Shown: piece by piece, positions 32,767-41,384 of the stretch
Layout: each line of letters starts with the position of its first letter
Position numbering within the stretch: position 1 is the first letter of the stretch
Assembly: GCA_028695145.1 (NCBI GenBank)
Contig: JAQVJP010000001.1
Coordinates: forward strand, 922 to 64,921
DNA: 64,000 nt
Direction: 5' to 3'
From: Eubacteriales bacterium
GTDB taxonomy: Bacteria; Bacillota; Clostridia; Saccharofermentanales; UBA5734
Translations under genes and position numbers: made by a program
Notes under the pieces: generated by a model
What the model was told of the DNA's origin: nothing
What the model saw: only the letters and a program-made list of their open reading frames with translations
The model's database searches: none

Positions 32767-35202
32767 ATGAAAACATCATTGGAATGGCTGAGGGATTTCA
32801 CACCTGTTGAAGGTAATATTCATGATATTTGTGAAGCGTTAACAATTTCAGGCTCAAAAGTTGAGGGGTATGAGATTCAAGGCGAAGAGATTCAAAAAGT
32901 TGTAAGCGGCAGAATTTTAAAAATTGAAAAACATCCTGACGCAGATAGGCTTGTTGTTTGTCAGGTAGATACCGGTAATGAACAGATTCAAATCGTAACA
33001 GGTGCAGATAATATAGCTGAGGGTGACCATGTCCCTGTAGCTTTGATTGGTTCAACATTAGCTGGTGGAATTAAAATTAAAAAGGGAAAACTACGCGGAG
33101 TTGTTTCTGAAGGAATGATGTGTTCAGTTCAGGAACTTGGATATACTACAGCTGAATTCCCCGAAGCTTGTGAGGATGGCATTTTCATTCTTGATTCTGA
33201 TACTCCCTTGGGGCTTGATATCAGAGACATCCTTGGAATTAATGATACAATTATTGAATTTGAAATTACTTCAAACAGAGTTGATTGTTTCGCTGTTGAA
33301 GGTTTAGCTCGTGAAGCTGCTGTAACATTTGATTTGCCATTTGCGGCAAAAGAACCGAATGTTAAAGCTATGTCGAAAGAAAAATCAGGAGAAAAAGCAT
33401 CAATTGAAATACAATCACCTGATTTATGTTATCGATACTGTGGCAGAGTAATTGAGAATGTAAGAGTAGAACCTTCTCCTGCCTGGCTGCGTAGAAGGTT
33501 GCGAGCAGCTGGTGTGAGACCTATTAATAATCTTGTGGACATAACTAATTACGTTATGCTTGAGTTAGGTCAGCCGATGCATGCATTTGATCTACAGGAT
33601 CTTGAGGGACAGAGAATTATTGTTCGCCGAGCTTATGAAAATGAGAAAATAACCACTCTTGATAGTGTAGAACGAGTACTCGATCCAGATATGCTTGTTA
33701 TTGCTGATACAGATCAGGCGGTTGCTCTTGCAGGGGTTATGGGCGCAGAAAATTCTGAAATCCGGAATGAGACAAAAACAGTTTTACTTGAGTCTGCAAC
33801 ATTTAATCCATTTGCGGTCAGAATGGCTGCGAAAAAAGTTGGTCTCAGGACTGAAGCCTCATCACGTTTTGAAAAAGGACTTGACGTAAACAACGCAAGT
33901 CGGGCTCTTGACAGGGCTTGTGAACTTATAGAGCAACTTGAGTGCGGAGAGGTTTGCCAAGGGGTAATTGATGTCTGGCCTGTTAAGAAAGATGCTCAGG
34001 TCATTTCATTAAGCGCTAATAAGATAAATAGGCTTCTTGGAACTAAAATACCATTGGCAGAGATGATGGATATACTTACATCACTTGGTTGTGAGATTTC
34101 TAATTCTTGTTCGATGATAGAAGATGATGAGATTGTGGAAGTTACTGTGCCAAGTTTTAGACCTGATCTCGAGACCTCGGCTGATCTTGCAGAGGAGATT
34201 GCCAGAATATTCGATTACAATAACATTGAACCTACACTTCTTTCTGGCAAAGCCGCTACTATGGGTGGACGTTCACAGAAACAGAAGCTTATAGAAAAAA
34301 TTAAGGATCTGATGATAGGGCAGAGCTGCTATGAAGCTTTGACTTATTCCTTTGAGAGCCCCAAACAGCTTGATAAGATGCAGCTTCCGGCTGATCATGA
34401 TCTGAGAAGAAGTGTTCGGATTTTAAATCCTCTTGGTGAAGATTTTTCCAATATGAGAACGTCAATGGTACCTTCTTTGCTGCAAATCGCGGCAGGCAAC
34501 AGTAATAGATCTGTTGAAGCTGTAAGCTTGTTTGAAGTCGCTTATACATATCACCCGAAGCAGCTGCCTCTAACTGAATTGCCTGAGGAGGTTAGACATC
34601 TTGCTGCTGTATGTTATGATCTCAAAGTCGGCAAGGAAAAAACTTTTGCCAGGGTCAAAGGTATATTTGAGAATTTAATTGACAATCTGGGGATAACTGA
34701 TGACAGATTCACAGTCAAACGCTCTGAATCCAAGCCCTGGCTGCATCCCGGTCAAAGTGCTGATTTGTTTATTGATGATACCTATGTAGGCTGGATAGGC
34801 AGTGTCCATCCGGATTGCGCAGAATCATTTGAGGCTCCTGATCAGACTGTGCTAATGGATATTCTGATCGATAGAATTGGTGAAAAAGCAGTTTATGAAC
34901 GTAAATTCAAAGCGATGCCAAAATTCCCTGCTGTTGAGCGAGATTTATCGTTGCTGTGTGATCATTTGATGCTTGTTGATGACTTAAAAACAGTTATAAG
35001 AAATAATGCTGGTTTATTGTTAGAATCGGTCGAGCTGTTTGATGTATATCAAGGATCACAGATTGGCGCAGGAAAGAAATCTGTAGCATTTAATTTGAAG
35101 TTTAGATCAGCTGAGAAAACTCTTAACGAAGACGACATTAAGCCGTCAATGACCAAGGTTCTTAAAGGACTTGCGGAAATTGGTGCTGTTCTGAGAGAAT
35201 AA
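32767..35202 (+). CDS. pheT: phenylalanine--tRNA ligase beta subunit
   Basis: MKTSLEWLRDF start, tRNA-binding OB domain, and B3/4, B5 and FDX-ACB-like C-terminus (VELFDVYQG). Confidence 0.95.
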   Translation: MKTSLEWLRDFTPVEGNIHDICEALTISGSKVEGYEIQGEEIQKVVSGRILKIEKHPDADRLVVCQVDTGNEQIQIVTGADNIAEGDHVPVALIGSTLAGGIKIKKGKLRGVVSEGMMCSVQELGYTTAEFPEACEDGIFILDSDTPLGLDIRDILGINDTIIEFEITSNRVDCFAVEGLAREAAVTFDLPFAAKEPNVKAMSKEKSGEKASIEIQSPDLCYRYCGRVIENVRVEPSPAWLRRRLRAAGVRPINNLVDITNYVMLELGQPMHAFDLQDLEGQRIIVRRAYENEKITTLDSVERVLDPDMLVIADTDQAVALAGVMGAENSEIRNETKTVLLESATFNPFAVRMAAKKVGLRTEASSRFEKGLDVNNASRALDRACELIEQLECGEVCQGVIDVWPVKKDAQVISLSANKINRLLGTKIPLAEMMDILTSLGCEISNSCSMIEDDEIVEVTVPSFRPDLETSADLAEEIARIFDYNNIEPTLLSGKAATMGGRSQKQKLIEKIKDLMIGQSCYEALTYSFESPKQLDKMQLPADHDLRRSVRILNPLGEDFSNMRTSMVPSLLQIAAGNSNRSVEAVSLFEVAYTYHPKQLPLTELPEEVRHLAAVCYDLKVGKEKTFARVKGIFENLIDNLGITDDRFTVKRSESKPWLHPGQSADLFIDDTYVGWIGSVHPDCAESFEAPDQTVLMDILIDRIGEKAVYERKFKAMPKFPAVERDLSLLCDHLMLVDDLKTVIRNNAGLLLESVELFDVYQGSQIGAGKKSVAFNLKFRSAEKTLNEDDIKPSMTKVLKGLAEIGAVLRE

Positions 35203-35369
35203 TCTGCGTATAAAACTTGAAAATATGCCGTATATGATGTATAAATAGTCAGTAAACATTAATATTTCTGACTGATGTCTGACTGGATATACGGCTGGAA
35301 GCCGCAGATCATTCATGAAAAACACCTGGCAGATTTCTGCCGCAGTATACATAATGATTGGAGAAGAGG

Positions 35370-36152
35370 ATGAAGAGATTAACAAAATTTGTTTCAGTAA
35401 TTTGTTTAGCCGCAATTAGCTTATCTATGGTTGCTTGCTCTGGTAAAGAAGTTCAGATTGGTGGTCAGGAAGATCTGGTTGGCAAAGTTATTGGTGTTCA
35501 GCTTGGTACTACTGGTGATGAGCTCGCTGAAAAAATAGATGCAAAAAATGTTGAAAAATATAACGCGTACGTTGACGCGATCACATCACTGAAACAGAAA
35601 AAAATTGACGCGATTATTATGGATAAGGATACAGCAACATCATATGTCGACAAGAACGAAGATTTGGTGATACTCGATGTAGGTTTTGAACCAGAGCAGT
35701 ATGCCATAGCTGTACCTGACGGTGATACTGAGCTTAAGGCTGTTGTTGATGGCGTTATTACAGCTATGAAAGAAGATGGTTCTCTGGAAGCTTCTCTGGA
35801 AGCTCATGCCGAAGAAACAGGAGAAGCACCTGATTATAATACCGATGCTGCTAATGGCAAGTTGATCATGGGTACTGAAGCAGGCTTCCCGCCTTATGAA
35901 TATATGAGTGGTAATAATGTTATTGGCACTGATGTTGACTTGATGGCCAAAGTTGCTGCTGAACTCGATATGGAGTTAGTTGTCGAGAATATGAGTTTTG
36001 ATGGCTTAATTCCGGCGCTGCAGCAAGGTAAAATAGATGTTATCGCAGCTGGTATGACAATTAACGCTGAAAGAGATGTCAATGTTGATTTCTCAATTCC
36101 TTATGTTGATGCTTCGCAAGTAGTAGTTATTCGAAAAACCAGTATGAAATAA
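35370..36152 (+). CDS. polar amino-acid ABC transporter substrate-binding lipoprotein, circularly permuted domain order
   Basis: Lipoprotein signal ...SMVACSG. The segment normally found in the C-terminal half (GKVIGVQLGTTG...IDAIIMDKDTA...EQYAIAVPDGDTELK) precedes the usual N-terminal half (LIMGTEAGFPPYEY...GTDVDL...FDGLIPALQQGKIDVIAAGMTINAERD...DFSIPY). Confidence 0.75.
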   Translation: MKRLTKFVSVICLAAISLSMVACSGKEVQIGGQEDLVGKVIGVQLGTTGDELAEKIDAKNVEKYNAYVDAITSLKQKKIDAIIMDKDTATSYVDKNEDLVILDVGFEPEQYAIAVPDGDTELKAVVDGVITAMKEDGSLEASLEAHAEETGEAPDYNTDAANGKLIMGTEAGFPPYEYMSGNNVIGTDVDLMAKVAAELDMELVVENMSFDGLIPALQQGKIDVIAAGMTINAERDVNVDFSIPYVDASQVVVIRKTSMK

Positions 36153-36242
36153 ATCATAACGTTAATTACTATGAGTCATGTAAATATCTGAATCAGGCTG
36201 TCCTGTCCAGGCAGGGCAGCCTGATTTGTCAGAAAGTGAGGG

Positions 36243-37112
36243 ATGATTTTGGAACTCAATAAGCAAGCAGATAACGCTGAAGAGATTGTTTTAAAATATG
36301 ATGCTGTACCTAAACCGTTTTGGCGCAGACATATATATGATTTCCTCATTCTGACGGCTTTTCTCGTTTTTGTGTTAATAACTGCTTTTGCTCCACGTCT
36401 GGGGCTTGATACACCATTTTTCTCCAAACTACGCACTAATTTTATTAATGATTTTATTGTTGATAATCGCTTCACTTGGTTGTTGTCTGGTCTTGGCACA
36501 ACTATAGTTATTACAATATTCTCGACATTGCTTGGCCTGACTCTTGGTTTGACCCTGGCGATAATCAAAGTGCTTGATTATAACGGCAAGAGAATATTTT
36601 TTGTTACAAGACTTGCTGAGTACTATTTGACAATCATTCGTGGTACTCCGGTTGTAGTACAGCTGCTGATCATTTATTATGTAATTTTTGGCTCGATAAA
36701 TATCAGCAAAGTTCTTGTGGCCGTACTTGCGTTTGGTATAAACAGTGGTGCTTATGTTGCTGAGATTATAAGAGCAGGTATACTCGCTGTTGACCGTGGT
36801 CAAATGGAAGCAGGCCGCTCACTAGGTCTTACATATGGCGTAACAATGCAGAAAATTATATTACCGCAAGCGTTTAAAAATGTTCTGCCGGCTTTGTTCA
36901 ATGAACTTATAACACTGCTCAAAGAAACCGCGGTAGCAGGTTATATTGCTATAGCCGACCTTGCACGTGCCGGTGATATGATTAGAGCTCGAACTTTTGA
37001 TGCTTTTTTACCTTTGTTTGCTGTAGCTGGTATATATCTTGTACTTGTTGTATGTCTCACCCAGCTGATGGGCAAGCTTGAAAGGAGGTTGCGTCGAAGT
37101 GATAACCGTTGA
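36243..37112 (+). CDS. amino-acid ABC transporter permease (His/Glu/Gln/Arg/opine family)
   Basis: EAA-loop region ([23 protein letters not shown]) and [10 protein letters not shown]. Carries an N-terminal extension. Confidence 0.85.
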   Translation: MILELNKQADNAEEIVLKYDAVPKPFWRRHIYDFLILTAFLVFVLITAFAPRLGLDTPFFSKLRTNFINDFIVDNRFTWLLSGLGTTIVITIFSTLLGLTLGLTLAIIKVLDYNGKRIFFVTRLAEYYLTIIRGTPVVVQLLIIYYVIFGSINISKVLVAVLAFGINSGAYVAEIIRAGILAVDRGQMEAGRSLGLTYGVTMQKIILPQAFKNVLPALFNELITLLKETAVAGYIAIADLARAGDMIRARTFDAFLPLFAVAGIYLVLVVCLTQLMGKLERRLRRSDNR

Positions 37113-37827
37113 GAAATTATGTAAAAACTTTGGCAGCTTATCTGTGTTAAAAAACATTGACACGGAAATCCAAGAAGGAGAAAAGATTGTAATAGTAGGG
37201 CCTTCAGGATCCGGCAAAAGCACCTTCCTTAGATGTCTTAATCTTCTTGATGATCCGTCATCCGGACGGATAATTGTTGATGGTGAGGAAATCACTGCAA
37301 GCGGATGCAATATTAATCGTGTGCGACAAAAAATGGGGATGGTCTTTCAGCATTTTAATCTTTTTCCGCATCTTACTGTAACGGAAAATATTACGCTGGC
37401 ACCAGTTCATCTTAAAATAATGAATCGAGAGCAAGCTGACAAAAGAGCTATGGAATTACTTGAGAGGGTTGGTCTGAAGGAAAAAGCGAATGAATATCCC
37501 GCTAAACTTTCTGGTGGACAAAAACAACGAATTGCTATTGCCAGAGCGCTGGCTATGAATCCGGAAATTATGCTATTTGATGAGCCTACGTCAGCACTCG
37601 ATCCTGAAATGATCGGTGAGGTTCTTGACGTAATGCAGGAATTAGCTGAAGAAGGCATGACCATGGTGGTTGTGACACATGAGATGGGGTTCGCAAGACG
37701 TGTTGCCAGCAGAGTTTTGTTTATGGATGAAGGACGCATTGTCGAACAGGGCGTACCTGATGAAGTGTTTGGCAATCCTCAGAACGATAGAACTAAATTA
37801 TTTCTTTCGAAAGTTCTTGCTCATTAA
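37099..37827 (+). CDS. amino-acid ABC transporter ATP-binding protein (GlnQ-like)
   Basis: Walker [10 protein letters not shown], signature LSGGQKQR, Walker [11 protein letters not shown] and H-loop [11 protein letters not shown] 37099 follows AAAGGAGG. Confidence 0.9.
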   Translation: MITVEKLCKNFGSLSVLKNIDTEIQEGEKIVIVGPSGSGKSTFLRCLNLLDDPSSGRIIVDGEEITASGCNINRVRQKMGMVFQHFNLFPHLTVTENITLAPVHLKIMNREQADKRAMELLERVGLKEKANEYPAKLSGGQKQRIAIARALAMNPEIMLFDEPTSALDPEMIGEVLDVMQELAEEGMTMVVVTHEMGFARRVASRVLFMDEGRIVEQGVPDEVFGNPQNDRTKLFLSKVLAH

Positions 37828-37869
37828 AGAAGAATAATATAAAAAACAAATGACTGCAATTAATAAATG

Positions 37870-37907
37870 ACTGTCGCTGGAATTAAGCGGCAGTTTTTTA
37901 TTTTTTA
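37870..37907 (+). terminator. rho-independent terminator after the ABC transporter operon
   Basis: ACTGTCGCT-ggaatta-AGCGGCAGT followed by TTTTTTATTTTTT. Confidence 0.8.
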
Positions 37908-38034
37908 TAAGTTATTAATGTTTGTTTTTGCCGTATTTTGTCGAATTGATGCTTCACAATACTCACAGGGTTTAAGCTAAAGTTTATGATGAACAACAAT
38001 AAACTGCTTTTTTCTAATGGTGGAGGTGTAAATT

Positions 38035-38340
38035 GTGGCTTTTTCTCTTGAATCCGCTTTATGTGTACCGATCGCTTTGACTGTTATTGTGATTTCTGTT
38101 CGCTCTGTTTTGCCAGTTTATATAGATACTGCTGCAATTTGCACATTGTCAGCAGCAGCAGCGTACAGGGAGAATTATGAAGGTGAATACTCTTCTATCT
38201 ATAACATATCTGTTATTGGCGATGAACAATTCATTACTAACAGCTTAAGAACATCGCCTGATGGATTAATCAGTATATATGGTTTGGTAAGTGATCTGAT
38301 AGAACATGTCAGTGGTCTAACAGAAGGGGAGAGGCCATGA
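38035..38340 (+). CDS. TadE-like small membrane protein, leaderless (101 aa)
   Basis: GTG follows GGAGGTG, with an in-frame TAA two codons upstream. The N-terminus AFSLESALCVPIALTVIVI resembles the TadE pseudopilin hydrophobic segment. Confidence 0.5.
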   Translation: MAFSLESALCVPIALTVIVISVRSVLPVYIDTAAICTLSAAAAYRENYEGEYSSIYNISVIGDEQFITNSLRTSPDGLISIYGLVSDLIEHVSGLTEGERP

Positions 38341-39911
38341 AACATTTGATGCTTAGAAAGAACAAGAAACCAAATATATGCAGTCGTAAGGGTGGAGCAG
38401 TTACTCTTTTCTTCTGCTTGATTATAGGTGTCGTTTGTAGTTTGTTGTTGATATGTTTCGAATCAGCAGCAGAACGTAGTGATGAAACTGAGATGATAAG
38501 AGCAGGACAGGCGGCTGCGGAAGTCTCCCTTGCTGCATATGATCTTGATCTTCTTGAAAATTTCGGGATATGGGGACTTGATAATAAAAGAATAACTACT
38601 GATGCTTTTTATGCTCTTGCTAACACAAGGCTGCAGGCTGCTGATGTTTATATCGAATCAGCTGGCAACGTTTTTGATCAAGATTATTTGCTAAATCAAA
38701 TAACTTCGTTTATGCAGGTGAGAGCACCAGCAGGATGGATTAACAGATTTGCTGCAGAACTTAGAACAGCAGGAGAATCGGTCGGCGGCATACATCAAGA
38801 AAATAGATCAATATCAAGCAGTGGTCAACCCAAGAATATTTTTCAAAATGAAATACCTGACATAGATGAGATTATGGATTTTCAAATGCAAATGCAGGAA
38901 CAGATGTATAAATTGATACCATATAACTTAGCAATTAGTAGTGTACGGGAAGGCCTTAAGTGGATACTATCGCCAATTATTAAACCTCTGGAGGAATTTT
39001 CCGAGGATTTATTTGAAGAATTTGTTACCAATATTTTTGATGACTGTCTTCCTGTTTATCCTGAAGATTTTGGCTTAGAAACCAGTATAGTAGCATCGGG
39101 GACTGTTCCTGATTTTCTAAATCCCGCTGTGATAGCAGACCTGTCAGCAGCTGTTGATAGTTTGATTAAGCCTGCTGCAAATCTCGAATGGCAAAAATTA
39201 TTGCTAATGGAATATTGTATTAGCTGTTTTCCTGCCAGAATAACATCATATAATTTTGATGCGTCAGAGCAAATTAAATTGAAATCACCATCAGGAGAGG
39301 CACATGATTCACTGGTATATTTACAAAACTCCAACGATGATTTAAAAACAGAAGAAAAAGCAAAACGAGTTAATGAGCTGGAAAAAATAATAACAAATGA
39401 AGATGATGGTGAAATAGCGGTTAAGAGGATCGAAGGGAATATCCTTATGCTGCGATCGATTATTCGCATGCTTGAAACTATAACTGACCAGAGCCGGCTT
39501 GAGGAATACAGACCTGCTGCCGGTATGCTGTCGGCCTGTATAACAGCTGCAAGTGCAGGTTCAGTCTACATCGATACTGAAACTCTTGTGTGGATTCTTG
39601 CTGTTGCAGATGCCGTTAGAATGGGAGTGCAAGATACTGAAGATTTGGTTTCCGGCAAAAGAGTCGCTCTTTGGACATATCATGATCAATCGACAATTGA
39701 GCTTGTATACCATGACTATCTACGAATGTTTTTACTTGCTGTTCCTCAAGATGAATTATTAGAATCAATTGGGAAACAGATCAGAAATTTGCTGCCTGGA
39801 GAATATGCTTCAGCAGTAGCGGTAAATATGACATGGCATGGTAATAGTATTAACATAACAAAAGGCTATAGATTGTATGCTAATAATGGTGATTCCAGTG
39901 AGCAAAGATGA
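38337..39911 (+). CDS. TadG-like / DUF5702-like membrane-anchored protein (524 aa)
   Basis: ATGA overlap with the upstream ORF. N-terminal RKGGAVTLFFCLIIGVVCSLLL anchor followed by IRAGQAAAEVSLAAYD (compare the TadG LQxAADAAALAGA block). The rest is unrecognised and partly acidic. Confidence 0.45.
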   Translation: MKHLMLRKNKKPNICSRKGGAVTLFFCLIIGVVCSLLLICFESAAERSDETEMIRAGQAAAEVSLAAYDLDLLENFGIWGLDNKRITTDAFYALANTRLQAADVYIESAGNVFDQDYLLNQITSFMQVRAPAGWINRFAAELRTAGESVGGIHQENRSISSSGQPKNIFQNEIPDIDEIMDFQMQMQEQMYKLIPYNLAISSVREGLKWILSPIIKPLEEFSEDLFEEFVTNIFDDCLPVYPEDFGLETSIVASGTVPDFLNPAVIADLSAAVDSLIKPAANLEWQKLLLMEYCISCFPARITSYNFDASEQIKLKSPSGEAHDSLVYLQNSNDDLKTEEKAKRVNELEKIITNEDDGEIAVKRIEGNILMLRSIIRMLETITDQSRLEEYRPAAGMLSACITAASAGSVYIDTETLVWILAVADAVRMGVQDTEDLVSGKRVALWTYHDQSTIELVYHDYLRMFLLAVPQDELLESIGKQIRNLLPGEYASAVAVNMTWHGNSINITKGYRLYANNGDSSEQR

Positions 39912-40950
39912 ACAAAGGATTCAGGTAGATAATAGATTTAACTGCCCAAAAGCAAGCAAAGGTTCAATTACTCTTGAAATGTCTATATGTTTATCGATTT
40001 TTCTGATAGTAGTGTATTTCATGATTAGTGCTATCTCGGCATATAAGATTGAAGTAGCGGCAGAAGCTGCTCTTGATAATACAGCAGCTGAAATCAGTTT
40101 AATATTACCGCTGGCAGAGAAGAGTTTTGATAACAATAATTTATCCTGGCTACAGGAAGAGAATTTAAAATCGATAATTGAAGAGAGCACCGGTGAAGAA
40201 CTTATCAGTTCTCTTGCGAGTAACTATATTTCCGACCTGATATCATCAGTTGTATTTGCTGGATTAATTGAACAACGTATGAGATATTGGCTTGAAGATT
40301 CAGCTGGCGGACAAAAAATAAATCTGCTGAAATTAGAATCGATTGATATTGCGTTAAATTCTATAGCAAACTGTAATCTTATAATAATTGAAGCAAGAAT
40401 TGAAATAGCAGTATTAACAGGAAGCATGACAAAACAAATTCGTTCAGCTATAGCCGTTTGGACAGGTTCCAAGAGAGAGGGTTCTGATGAAGATGAATTA
40501 GATAATGATCTAAAAGATGATATTTGGAATTTAGATAATTTCAGCAGAGGAAGAAAAATCAGAGAATTATTCGGGGCCAATTTACCTGCAAGTTATCCAT
40601 TGATTGCCAGATTCTCAGAAGGCCAAGCAACTGTAATCAGAAGCATGGATCTTACAGCCCCTTCTTATAGTGATCCTGACAATGCTATCGCAAAAGCAGC
40701 AGATGATTTAGCGAAGTTAAGCAACTACAAAGGTCATACAAGTAATCGGGAAAACTGGCCGGATATTCTACCTGAAGATATTATTAAAAAAGAATATCAT
40801 CTTATAGTTCCCGATAACAGCGACCCTGAGGTTGTGGCTGTATTAGAGTCAAATATTAGAAATATTGCTGATCACGAGTTTATCAGTGTAAAAATTACAA
40901 AATATATGGATAGTAGTCGGTATAATAATGATCTTACTGCTGGCGGATAA
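39877..40950 (+). CDS. TadE-like pseudopilin-type protein with additional C-terminal domain (357 aa)
   Basis: Overlaps the end of the upstream ORF. It has a KG/SITLEMSICLSIFLIVV site (Gly, then Glu at +5) and a TadE-like body, followed by an acidic linker. The ~140-aa C-terminal domain carries the pattern LPASYPLIARF...ATVIRSMDL...SY. The exact start codon is uncertain (ATG 39877/39886, GTG 39889/39898). Confidence 0.45.
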   Translation: MLIMVIPVSKDEQRIQVDNRFNCPKASKGSITLEMSICLSIFLIVVYFMISAISAYKIEVAAEAALDNTAAEISLILPLAEKSFDNNNLSWLQEENLKSIIEESTGEELISSLASNYISDLISSVVFAGLIEQRMRYWLEDSAGGQKINLLKLESIDIALNSIANCNLIIIEARIEIAVLTGSMTKQIRSAIAVWTGSKREGSDEDELDNDLKDDIWNLDNFSRGRKIRELFGANLPASYPLIARFSEGQATVIRSMDLTAPSYSDPDNAIAKAADDLAKLSNYKGHTSNRENWPDILPEDIIKKEYHLIVPDNSDPEVVAVLESNIRNIADHEFISVKITKYMDSSRYNNDLTAGG

Positions 40951-41052
40951 CTTGTATCTTGGCCCTTGATGAGTTATCATTTTATAGTGTTTGACAGAAG
41001 TGTTTGTGACATTCTGCACATATATGTTTCAGCCGCGTTTTGAGGTGATATT

Positions 41053-41367
41053 ATGAATGGCAAATTAAGAGATGAGAGTATTGATCGTTTGTTTCGAGGC
41101 ATACTCAGTTTGGAAACTCTTGAGGAATGTTACAATTTTTTTGAGGATATATGTACTGTTGCGGAAATCAAATCTTTGGCACAGAGATTGCAAGTCGCCG
41201 GAATGCTTGAACGTGGCAAAACGTATACTGATATATGTGAAGCAACTGGAGTCAGTACTGCTACAATAAGCAGGGTTAACAGATGCCTTGAATATGGTTC
41301 GGATGGATATAAATTGATATTAGATAGATTAGCTGATTATGACCACAAAAATTCTGACAACTCTTGA
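41053..41367 (+). CDS. YerC/YecD-family TrpR-like protein
   Basis: FFEDICTVAEIKSLAQRLQVA and TGVSTATISRVNRCLEYGSDGYK. Confidence 0.8.
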   Translation: MNGKLRDESIDRLFRGILSLETLEECYNFFEDICTVAEIKSLAQRLQVAGMLERGKTYTDICEATGVSTATISRVNRCLEYGSDGYKLILDRLADYDHKNSDNS

Positions 41368-41384
41368 AAGGAATAATTAGAGTA

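Noticed and set aside
36176-36803. Minus-strand ORFs of 130 and 124 aa
   Set aside because: They are antisense to the ABC permease gene, whose product has clear family motifs. They are shadow ORFs typical of AT-rich coding DNA.
37986-38045. 19-aa ORF (MMNNNKLLFSNGGGVNCGFFS) just upstream of the Tad-like cassette, considered as a candidate Flp-type pilin or leader peptide
   Set aside because: It has no Shine-Dalgarno sequence, no G/xxxxE(Y/F) pilin motif and no hydrophobic helix. It overlaps the RBS and start of the first cassette gene.
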